A stretch of DNA of 64,000 nt, from the NCBI GenBank assembly GCA_965226495.1, contig OZ245365.1, positions 576,001 through 640,000 of the forward strand, given 5' to 3'. Source of the DNA: Candidatus Marinacidobacterales bacterium (GTDB lineage: Bacteria; Acidobacteriota; Vicinamibacteria; Marinacidobacterales; DATDRI01). Of this stretch, positions 27,201 to 39,200 are shown one piece after another. A program made the position numbers and the translations under genes. Below the pieces are notes generated by a model, which saw only the letters and a program-made list of their open reading frames with translations, made no database searches and was not told where the DNA came from. Positions within the stretch are counted from its first letter, which is position 1, and the number at the start of each line of letters is the position of its first letter.

Positions 27201-30200
27201 TTGTCGATCGAGTTCCGTCTATCCGCCCGAAAAATCCTTTCGCTCTTCTATTCCCTCTGGGTCTTCGGGGTTTTGCTCGGATCCGCTTCGCCCGCTCAGG
27301 CTCAAGATGTCACGGTGAGCGCCTCGGGAGCTCAGACGGCCACCATCGTCATCCCGAGCACCAATCAGTATGTGGGCGGCAAATTCGTCATCATCGACAA
27401 CACCGGCTCCCGAAACATCACGGGCATCACCATCACCGAGAGCGGTGCAGTGGATGCTCTGAATAACCTGGACAACATCAAGCTCTTCTACGAACTGGAT
27501 ACGACGGCACCTTATGACGGGGCGAGCGAAAGTTTCGCCGGGTCGGAACTCCAGTTCGGAGCGACCGATACGGACGGGTTCAGTGCCGCCAACGGGACGT
27601 CCAGTTTCACCGACTCCGTCGCCATCGACACGACGTCGACGCTGGTGGTGTACGTGGTGTTCGATGTGGGGGCCGGAGCGTCAGCCGGTGAGACCGTTCA
27701 GATCACCATCGAAGACGCATCCAGCGAAGTCGTTGCGAGCGTGGGAACGGTGGGACCAGGCACCGCGGTCTCGATTTCTGGGACGTCGATTCTCTCCGCG
27801 GCCGGGTGCGGGCCCGTCGTCAACTACCGGTCGATCGGCGCGCAGGCGACCCCTCTTGCCAACACCGGCACTGCGTCGGTCGCTCTGAACGGAACGGTCG
27901 TCAACTTCAGCGGCGTCTCGTTACCGGCCAACCTGGGCCAGGGCGATCGGATTTTTCTGAACACGGGTGGCGTCAATGAGGAACGATTCATCCTTTCACG
28001 GGATTCCGCTACTCGAGTCACACTTCAGACTCCAGCACAAAATAGCCATGGCGGTGTCCCCTATCTCATCGAACGCGTCTACAACGGAGCTACCCCGATT
28101 AGGGATTGGGAGGTGGCAACGCAAGTAAACCTCGTCGGCCTGAATCGTCGGGAGACCGGAGTCGCCTACAACGACGCCGTGTTTAACGACCCCGGTGTGA
28201 TTAGCATCAATGGAGCGACTACCGACGCCTGCCACTTCAGGACACTCACCGTGGCGGCTGGCCAGCGACACACCGGTATCGAGGGAACGGGCGTCGCCAT
28301 AGACGGCGGCGGCGGGCTCGCCTTTGATGATGACTACACCGTCCTCGAGTGGTTCGAAATTGCCAATGTCGGAGACGCGCTAGAAATCATCGGCGCCAAC
28401 CTTCTTTTCGCAAATCTCATCATTCGCGATTTTGGCCCGAGTGGCTTTGACACCAGCGGCTCCAGTTGGAGCTATACCGCACGCAACTGTTTCGTCTACG
28501 GCGGTGGCAGTCACGGGTTTAGCGGTGGCACCGGAGCGGGCCCGACCGCGACCGTTGAGAACTGCACTATCTACGGAAATAGCGGTGCGGGGATTAACGA
28601 GGGCACCGGGCCTGTCTTTACCGTCCGGAACACGCTCTCGATGGGAAACAGCGGTCTCGACTTCAACATCGTTGCCGGAACGCAGACCAACAACATGTCC
28701 TCCGACACGAGCGCTCTGCCCATCGCGAACCGCAGCAAGCTGCCGGCTGACCAATTCATCGACCACCTTGGAACGCCTCCCAACTTCCACCTGAAGTCCA
28801 CCGCGGATGCCAAGGACATTGGCTCGGATTTGTCCGCCTTCTTCACAAACGATATCGATAACGATCCGAGGCCCATCGGTGCTGGGTGGGAGATCGGTGC
28901 GGACGAACAAGGGGTGGCCGGGCCGACTCTGATACTGGCCGACCACGACGCCGGCCAGGTCGCCGACAAGTTCACGTCAACTCCCTCCGTCACGGATGTC
29001 TTGTTCGCCTTCAAACTAACCCGCTCGGGTACCGTCACCGTCGATAACATTAGAGTCAACTTCACCACCGGCGACGTTGCAAATGGCGATGTCAGCAATG
29101 GCGAGCTCTATCGGGACGTTAACAACAACGGTATTTTCGATAGCGGCACGGACACGCTCGTACTGGGCGGCGTCACGCCTGTGGCCGGCGTTCTGGCCTT
29201 TAACTCCTTGAGCGAAGATCCGGGGGCGGGAACCAACTACATCGTCCGTGCCACGGTCATTAACCTGATTCCCAACGACACTACGACGTTCTCGATGGGC
29301 ACCGCGGATATCGATGAAGTACAGGGGGGCATCACCGAGTCCGGATCCATTACCGGCGCCGTTCATACTCAGGACGGTATCCCGAATCTTACCGAGGGGC
29401 ACTACCGTTGGCGTAATGATGATGGTGGTGAGTCCGGCGGCAGCGATACGACGGAGGTGAGTTCGACGGGACCGGCGACGACGACGGGCACGGGTTCTTA
29501 CGAGGCGCTGACAGGAATGTCGATCACTCCGGGAGCGGGTGACTATCTGGTGTGGTTCAGCGGGACCTTGAGGAATGACACAACCGGTACGCAGCATGTT
29601 TCCTTGTTCCTCGACGGCGGCCAGATAACCCACACCGAGCGCGAGATCACGACGGAGAGCTCGATCCCCGACGCTCGATTCGTAACCGCCACGCACACCT
29701 ATATTGCTGGGGTGACGGCAGGTCAGGCGATCAACGTGCAGTGGCAGACGAGCGCGGGTGTTGCGACGATGCTCGAGCACACGTTGACGGTCACGAAGGT
29801 TAATGCGGCCGATGTCACGCAGGTCATCCGGACCAACGCCCTATCTACCGGGCCCGTTACCGACACTCTGATCGATGGCATGACACTGACGCCGGGAGCG
29901 GGAGACTACCTGATTTGGTTCAGCGGTTCGAACGCCAATACACTGGATCCTACCAAGAATCACGTGTCGTTGTACGTGAACGGGACCCAAGTGGTTGGCA
30001 CGGAGCGAGAGATCGACCAAGAGGAATCGCTCGGCAATACGTTCTTCCCTGTGGCCAGCCATGCCCGGGTGCTCAGCGTGGGAGCGGGGCAAGCGATTGA
30101 GGCGCGCTGGAGAGTGGACGCCGGCATGGCGACGATGAACGCGCGTACGCTGACCGTTTACAAGATCAATCCAGCCGATAACTTTCAAGCGCAGTCCGAC

Positions 30201-33200
30201 ACGGATGATGGCCCGTTCTCCGGCGGTACTTATACCCAGGTGAACAGCATGACGCTCACGCCGGGGGTGGGTGATTATCTCGTTTGGTTCAGCTCGTCGG
30301 TAGTTACCAGCGGTCAATCAGGCGACACCTTCCACGTGTCGTTGTTCTCTGGTGGCAGTCAGGTACTGGAGAGCGCACGTGAGATATGGAATGAAGGCTC
30401 GATTGACATCAGCCCTTTCCAATCGTACCCGGTAGCCACGCACGCGTACATCACGGGAGTGGGAGCAACGGACGACATCGAGGTCCGCTGGGTGAGGACG
30501 AGCGGCACGGGTAACGCCACGATGCACGAGCGTACGTTGGCGGTGCAGAAGATCGTGAGTGGAAGCGGCGCCACGTTTTCTATCGCACAAGATACAAAAC
30601 TGACGGGTCTTGCCAAGAGCACCATCCAACGGGTTCGTTTTGGGGTTTCGAACGAAGGGACGGGGACCTCGGGCCCGGTAACCTACGAGCTCCAGGTGGC
30701 AGAGACGGCGACGTGTAGCGCGGGGACGTATTCCACCGTGCCCACCGCGGCCGGTGGTCACTGGCAGGTCTTCGGCTCGACCTTCATCACCGACGGTGAA
30801 GCGACCTCGGACATCAGTCCAGGGTTGACCAATGACGCGACCACGTTTGTCACAGGTGAGCTGAAAGACACGGGGAACACCACCGGAAGTATCACGCTCG
30901 CCACCGACGAGTTCACGGAGATCGAGTTTTCCGTCCAGGCGCTGGCCGCGGCCACGGACGGGGGGGATTACTGCTTCCGTCTCTACGATGCCGCCAACAC
31001 CCAGGTTCTAGATACCTATACCGTCTATGCCGAGGTCCAACTTGCTGGTGCGGGCGGCGCATCGCTGACCTTAGCGAATCACGACTCCGGTCAGGTTGCC
31101 GACAAGTTCACTACGACGTCGCCGGTCACCGATGTTCTGTTCCGTTTCAAGTTGACTCGCTCCGGTACGGTAACGGTCGACAACCTACGTGTCCAATACA
31201 CCACGGGCACTGTCATCGACGCGGACATCACCAGTGGAGAGCTGTGGCGAGACGTAAACAACGACGGCGTGGTCGATGGCGGTGATTTCTCCGTCCAGAC
31301 GGGAATCGCCGGTTCGGCGGGCGCGCTCGCCTTCAACTCGCTCGGTGAGGATCCGGGAATAGCCGGGACCCATTACTTGGTACGAGCCACAGTGGCCAAT
31401 CTCGTCGCCGCCGATACCACAACTTTCTCTCTTGGCGCCGCAGACATCGACGAGGTGGAGGGAGGGGTCGCCGAGTCCGGCTCGATAGCCAATGCTACCC
31501 ACACTCAGGATGTAGGTAGCGGATCGGATATCGCCGGTACCATTTCGGAAGATGTTAACGGAGATGGCAGCCTTGCCGATGCCGCGGTGCGAGACAACGC
31601 CACCGTGTCACTCTACCAGGATGGCGGGGATGTTCAGCCTGATGGCGGCGATGACATCTTTCTTACCGTCACCTCTACCGATGTTAGCGGCAACTACACT
31701 TTTGCAAGTTTGAGCGCCGGGACCTACTGGGTCGTCGTCGATTCTAAAACTGTCACACCTAGTGCAGGTCTCAACGGCAGCTTTGTTCAGGGGGACGTGT
31801 GGCCTGAACAGACTTACGGCGCTATCGGAGCGTGGTGCGATGACGGTACCGGCGTGGCTACGGAGCTCGGTGCCACTGGTGCTTGCTTCGGCGGTCAGGT
31901 GAGCACGGTCTCTGACGATGCTTCGACACTCGCCGCGTCAGAGCATGTGACCCGGGTTGTTGTAGTGGCTAGCAATGTCTCAGGCGTGGACTTTGGTTTC
32001 AGCTTCGTCCCGGTAGTCAACACCCTCGCCGGCGACGCGCAGGATGACGACGGGAGCGCCAATCGGACGGTTCAAGGGTCGCTGCGCCAGTTTATCCAGA
32101 ACGCCAATGCGGTCGTTGGCGCGAACGCCATGCGCTTCGTGCCCTCCGGTCCGACGAATACCACCGACGGGGGTGGGAACAATTGGTGGAGCATCGACGT
32201 CACACTGGTCCTGCCCGCCGTCACCGATGTGAATACAACCATCGACGGCACTGCTTATGATCGATCCGACGGTTTCACGGTGCTCAACACCAACGCGACG
32301 CTGCTCGGATTCGTCGGTGCGGTGGGCCTAGGTGCCGATGCGCTGCCAGGCACCGCCGATGAGCCGACCCTATCCGGAGTCCAAGGACCCGAGCTCGAGA
32401 TCGTCAACGATCGTGCCACGAACGTGGTGGACATTGGCCTCGATCTGCAAGCGAACGATCTCACGGTGCGACGAATCGCCAGCTATGGTTTCGGTAGCAG
32501 CAATCTTTTCCAGGACGCCAACATTCGCGTCGGCATCAACAGCGGGGCGACGAACTTCACAGGCATTCTCATCGAGGACAACGTCATCGGGTCGAACGCA
32601 GCCAGTTTCACCGACCCCGGTGCCGGCAACCGGTCCACGGTGAATGACATCGCGGTGTTCGGCGCCGACAGCGGCACCATCCAGAGCAATCTCATCGGCT
32701 ACGCTGGCCGCTTCGGCGTTTTCCTGAGCGATACCGCAGTGGGATGGACCGTTCAAGGTAACGAGATCCGGGCGAATGCGCTCACCAATGCGGCCCAAGA
32801 CGGCTTGGACATCGGCAATAGCTCCAGCGGCGCTACCGTTAGCGGAAACCTCTTTGCTTTGAGCGATGGTGGCGGTGTCGATAGCTGGCGGGGTCTCGGC
32901 AATAACCTCATCGAGAACAACACGTTCTCGCAAAATGGTCAAGCTGGCACCGAGCCCGCCGCGATGAGGATATTCGGTGCCGACAACGTCATCAGGCTGA
33001 ACGACATTCAAGATAACGTTGGCCCCGGCGTCTTGATCGTCAGCGACATCAGCCAAACCGGATCGCCTTCGATCCAGAACGACATCAGCCAGAACCGGTT
33101 TTCCGGCAACGGTTCGAACGCCATCGACCTGCTGGCGTTGGGCGGGGACGCCAGTTTGGGGGATGGGATCACTGTCAACGACGCCAGTACGGACGCCCAG

Positions 33201-36200
33201 GCGGGCAACATCGGTCTGGACTACCCGGTGATCACCTCGGCCACTATCAGCGCGGGTACGACGACGGTAACCGGCACCACCTGTGCGAGCTGTGATGTGG
33301 AGGTCTACCGAGCGGTCGCCGGCGCAGGCGATACCTTGGCCACTGTCGACTATGGGGAAGGAGTCGAGTTCTTAGGTTCAACGACGGCCGACGGACTCGG
33401 CGACTGGACCGTAGGCGGCATCACCACTCTGATAGCTGGGGACGACGTCTCAGCCATCACGATGGATACGAACGACAATACGTCGGAGTTCGGAGTAAAC
33501 GTCACGGTCGTCGTGGCAGGCAGTGTATCGCTCACCTTGGCGGATCACGGGGTCGGGCAGGTCGGCGACCGTTTCACTACAACCGCTTCGGTGACCGAGG
33601 TACTGTACCAGTTCAAGCTCACCCGCGTCGGGACCTTCGACGTCACCGAGCTGCGCGTCAACTTCACCACCACCGACGGTATCGCCAGCGGGGACGTCAC
33701 AAGCGCCGAGCTGTGGCGGGACCTGAACGGGAACGGCGCCGTCGATGGCGCGGACACAATGATTCAGGGTGGCATTACAGGCTCCGGCGGCCAATTGATC
33801 TTCACGACCGACTTCACTCCGGGTACCGGGGCGGGCACCGATTACCTCGTGCGTGCCACCGTCAACAACCTTGCAGACGGCGAGTTCACGACGTTCTCCC
33901 TCAGCGCCGCCGAGATCACCGAATCGGTCGCGGTCCCGGAGAGCGGAAGCGTTTCGAACGCGCTTCACATCCAGGATCCCGCGCCTCCTTCCTGCTCGGC
34001 CTCTTTCAATTGGCTCGGCACCCCCCTCGACGTGTCCCCCGGAGGCACGGGGGCTTGGGTCGATGTCGATGTCTCGGCCACGGTTCCGGCCGGCTCGACA
34101 GGCGTCATTTTGCAAGTTGTTGGCGATGCGGCAACGGACTACGACTATGGTGTCCGCATGAACGGGTCTAGCGATGACTGGATGATCGTCGACAACGACG
34201 ACAACATGCGCAATGGGCCAATTCAACGCTTCTATATGGTGGGCGTCGACGCCGGCCGTATCTTCGAGGTCTTTCAGGACAGTGCCACCATCACGACCTA
34301 TCTCGTCGGATATACCGGCAATGGTGTGACGTTCTTTCTAAATGCGATCAACAAGTCCTTCGATGCTCCTCTCAACTCGTATCAGCCCATCAGCATCGCG
34401 GCGGACACTGGCGGGGATACGGCGATAGGTGCGATCTTCAACATCAATAACCTGTTTAGCTCCGGCACCGCATATGGGCTGCGACATCCAAGCTCCGGCT
34501 TAGATATCTATAATGAGACCCGCGCAGAGTCTTTCCACACCCAGGTGGTGGGCGTCGACGGTAGCGAAGTCGCCGAAGCCAAGATTGGCAACGCGCAGCT
34601 CGACATCTACCTCACGGGTTACATCACCAGTGGAGCCGTCTTTTTTACGACGCCCCTCAACAAATCCACCGCGACCCTGGAGCCCACTTACGTCGATGTT
34701 GATATTACCGGCGACATCGGCGCAGACGATGCCAACGGCGTTTTCCTCGAGTTCAACGAGGTTGGTAACGCGTCCCGTAACGTCGCCGTTCGAATGAATG
34801 GTGAGACCTACGATCTCGGATACTACAACGAGATGCGCCACCACGGTGCGTTCACTGCGATAGATGGCAGCGATATCTTTGAACAGAAGATCCAGTGGGA
34901 TGACATGGATCTATACATGCACGGTTACACGCTTGCCTCCTGCGGCGCACCAGCTCCTACCACCAACTACCGTTCGATTGGAAGTGCTGGACCTTACTCG
35001 GCGTTCGATGTGGCGGCGACCAATGGCTCCCCTGTCGTCGTGGGGAATGGTACTGCCTGGGTGACGGCGAACCGCGGACGCGGCGACCATATCGACATCG
35101 ACGGCGCCGACTACACGATCCTATCCGTCGATACCGAGTCGCAACTCACGCTGACCGGGCCGTTTACGGGCGTGACCGGTGTGGGGAAGGCCTACACCAT
35201 CTCACGACAATTCGACACGCTTCAGGAGTGGGAGGATTGCATCAGCACTGGAGTGGGCTGCGTTTACTTCCCGGTCGCCGGTGGGGATCTCGTGGGCGAC
35301 AACCGCCGCGAGGTGGGGATTGCTTATGCGGACACTGACTTCACCTGGTCAGTACTAGGCAACCGAATCCTGTTCATAGACGATTCGACGACCGACGCCG
35401 ATCATGACATCACGCTCACCGCCGACGGGGGAAACCGGCACTACGGGAGGGCCGGGCAAGGCGTTGTTCTCGACAACACGACCAACACCATTGATGCCAT
35501 GGGTGTTCGCGACGATTTTGTCACCGTGGAGTGGCTCGAGGTCAAGAACGGCGGGGCCGGCACCGACGGCATTCAGATTCGAAGCCAGGCCGTGTCGAAC
35601 CGTGTCGTGGTCCGGAACAATCTCGTCCACGATGTGGGCCAGCTCGGCATCGTGACGAATTATGAAGGACTCGTCATCGACATCTATAACAACATCGTCT
35701 ACAACACCCCCGATCCGGGCATACGCATCGGCGCGGCGGTGGCGCTCACCGCGGCAAGCGAAATCCGCATCCTCAACAACACGGTGTACAACATCGGCAA
35801 TAACGGGATTAGTACTAGCGGGGCAGTCGCGGCGGGGAGCACGGAGATTACTCTCCAGAACAATATCGCTCACACGACCGTGGGCGACGCGTTTCTCGTT
35901 GGCAGCCCGGTGGTGGTCAATGCCGCGAGCAGCAACAATCTTTCTAGTGATGGCACGGCGCTTACTCACAGCCCGAATTCCGGTTCCCCCAACGGCATCC
36001 AGGAGGCGGACGTCAACAACCTGAACTTCGTTTCGACGACCCCAGGCTCAGAGGACCTGCACATTACCAGCGGTAGTGCGGCCGAGAACCTTGCCGCGGA
36101 TCTGAGCTCTACCTTTGACTTCGACATCGATTCTGGAGGCCGGGTGCTTCCATGGGACATCGGTGCCGATGACATCGCGGCGACGACCGCGGTGGAGCTG

Positions 36201-39200
36201 GTGTCGTTCGAGGCTCGCGGAATCGACGGCGCGGTAGAGCTCACGTGGGAGACCGGCTCGGAGATCGATAATCTCGGCTTCCATCTCTATCGGTCGCTAA
36301 CCGAAGAAGGTGCGTACGAGCAGATTACTGCCAGCGTGATTCCTGGCTTGGGTTCTTCGCCGGAGGGGGCGAAGTACGCTTACCATGATTCAGGCCGCAC
36401 GAACGGCGTCACGTACTACTACAGGCTGGAAGATATCGAAACGACCGGAGTGACGGAGCTCCATGGTCCGGTGTCAGCAACGCCTACCGCAGAGGTTATC
36501 GTGGAAGGGGACACCGGGGATGAAGAAGACGGGACCGGGGAGGAGCTAGGCGAGCTTTCATCTCGCATCACGTACGGGGATCCGGCGGCCAACGAGCTGA
36601 AGGTGCGCCGCCGCGGGAAGAAGTGGATGGAGCTGGAGCTGATTACGGAAGGTTTCTACGCCATACCGCAAGAAGACGGCTCGGTGCTTCTCGAGGTCCC
36701 TGGCTTCGAAGACTTCGGCGGTCCGGATCTACCCGATGTGCCGGCCTACCGCACCTGGCAAAACGTCTTGGCGGGACGCAACGTGAAGCTGGCATCGGTG
36801 AAGGTCGGTGGAGTGGCAGAGTTTGCAAGCTTGCGGCCAAGCTCCTCTGAACTGATCGTCGTCGCTTCGGGAGACGGCACGGTCCAGACCGGCCGTCGGC
36901 GTAAGAAACGTCGCCAAGCGCCTCATGTTTACTACCCCGAATCCTGGGCCCAGCTCATGAACGTGGGTTTCCAAGGTCCGGCCAAAAAGGCCTTGGTCGA
37001 GATGGCCCCCCTTAGGTGGGATGCGACGGCCGAGAAACTGGTCCTGGCCCGCCGCATCGTGGTCCGCATCGCGTTCAAGGGTAAAGACAAGGCGGAGCTG
37101 AAACTTGGCAAGAGCCACCGAGAAGTCGGAAGCCATGCGAACCGGAGCGTCTACGCCCGGATAGCCGTGACGGAGCCGGGTCTCTATGGGGTCAGCTACG
37201 AGTCGGTATTCGGAAAGAGGCGAAAGGCCATCAAGACCAGCTCCTTGAGACTGAGCCGTCAGGGTGAGCCGGTGGCGTTCTTCGTGAGCCCGAACGCGAA
37301 GAAGTTCAAGAAGAAGTCGGTGCTGTACTTCCTGAGCGATGGGTCGGATTTGAACCCCTACGGCCAGGAAGCGGTCTATGAGCTCGAAGCCAGCCAACAA
37401 GGGCTCCGGATGGAAGCCCTGAACGGAGCCCCGGAGGGCGCCCCCACCAGCTTCTACTGGAAGACGGTGAAGCGGGAAGAGAACCTGCTCTACCAAGCAG
37501 CCTTTGAAGGCGAAGAGGACATCTGGCAGTGGGATTGGCTGTTCGGCCCGATGACCAACGGCTACCCGTTCGAAGTCACGAACCTATCGCCGGTGGCCGA
37601 AAACTCGAAGCTCAGAGTGTGGCTCCACGGAGCGAGTGACTTCCCCGAGGATCCCGACCACCACGTAAGACTCTACGTGAATGGAACCCTACTCACCGAC
37701 ACCTGGTGGGATGGCGAGACGCCTCACTTCGTGGAAGCGGAGCTTGGTCCGGGCTTGCTCCAAGAGGGCGAGAACACTCTGGAGATCGAAGAAGTGGGGG
37801 ACACGGAAGCCCAGTACTCGATGGTGATGCTGGACCGATTCGAGGTGAGCTACCCGAGCCAATTAGTAGCGCAGTTGGGAGAGCTTGAAGGCAGCTTCAG
37901 CGAGTCGGGAGTGGCGACCGTCACTGGCCCACGTGGACAGATTGGAGCCCTCAGCCCACCCGCAGTCGCGCAGTCGACGGAGGGTGAGCCTTGGGGGTGG
38001 GGCCCCAAGGCATTGATATTCGACGTGACGGAGACCGAACCGCGACGAATCAGCGGAGCGAGCGTCGTTCCGGGTGGCTTGAGCTTCGGCGTGGAGTCGG
38101 GCCGTCACTATCTATTGACGGACTCGGTGAAGATTCCGGAAGTGAGCCGCGCGCAGTCGACCGGTCTCAAGCAAGTATGGAGCCGTGCTGAGTATCTGGT
38201 GATCGGACCTAGAGAGTTCCTGGCTGCCGCGGTGCCGCTACTGGCCCACCGGAGAAACGAAGGCCTGATAGCGGGAGCGATCGCGACGGAAGACATCTAT
38301 GACGAGTTCGGATACGGAGAAGCGACGCCGGAATCGATCCGCGACTTCTTGAGCTACGTGTACCACCACTGGAGCGAGCCGACTCTGCGGTACGTCGTCC
38401 TCCTAGGAGATGGGACCTACGACTACAAGGATTACCTGGCCACGGGAGTTAAGAGCCAAGTGCCGGTGAAGATCTTGAAGACGCGTTACATCTGGACGGC
38501 GTCGGATCCATGGTATGGAGCCATCAATGGAGACGACATCCTACCGGATGTGGCGATCGGAAGGCTTCCGGCGGCGTCAATCGAAGAAGTGCAGACACTG
38601 GTCCAGAAGATCCTGGCCTATGAATCTGCCTCGCCAGATTCGGAGGCTCCCATCGTCTTGGTCACAGATAATCCGGACATCGCCGGGAACTTCGACGCGG
38701 ATGCGGAAGAAATAGCGTCGACCGTGTTCTCGGAAGAGGGCGTGGAGAAGATCTACTTGAGCCAATTAGGGACTGCTGGAGCGCAGAGTGCGATCTTGAA
38801 TGCCTTCGATGAAGGCGCGTCTCTGATGAGCTACATGGGCCACGGAGCGATTCATCTTTGGGCCAACGAGAACTTGCTCAACATCTGGCAAGTGGAGTCC
38901 CTGTCCTCACAAGAGCAACAGCCTCTCCTTTTGACCATGAACTGCCTGAACGGGTACTTCCACTTCCCGTACTTCAACTCATTGTCTGAGGAACTGCTGA
39001 AGGCGGAAGGGAAGGGGATCATCGCAGCATTCTCACCGACCGGCTTGAGTCTCAACAACCCAGCGCATCGTTTCCACAAGGCTCTACTCGATCATGTCGT
39101 GAACCAGCAGCACGAGCGATTGGGAGATGCCATCCTAGCGGGCCAGGCTGCTTATGCCGAGACGGGAGCCTTCCCCGAGTTGCTGCGCATCTACCATCTC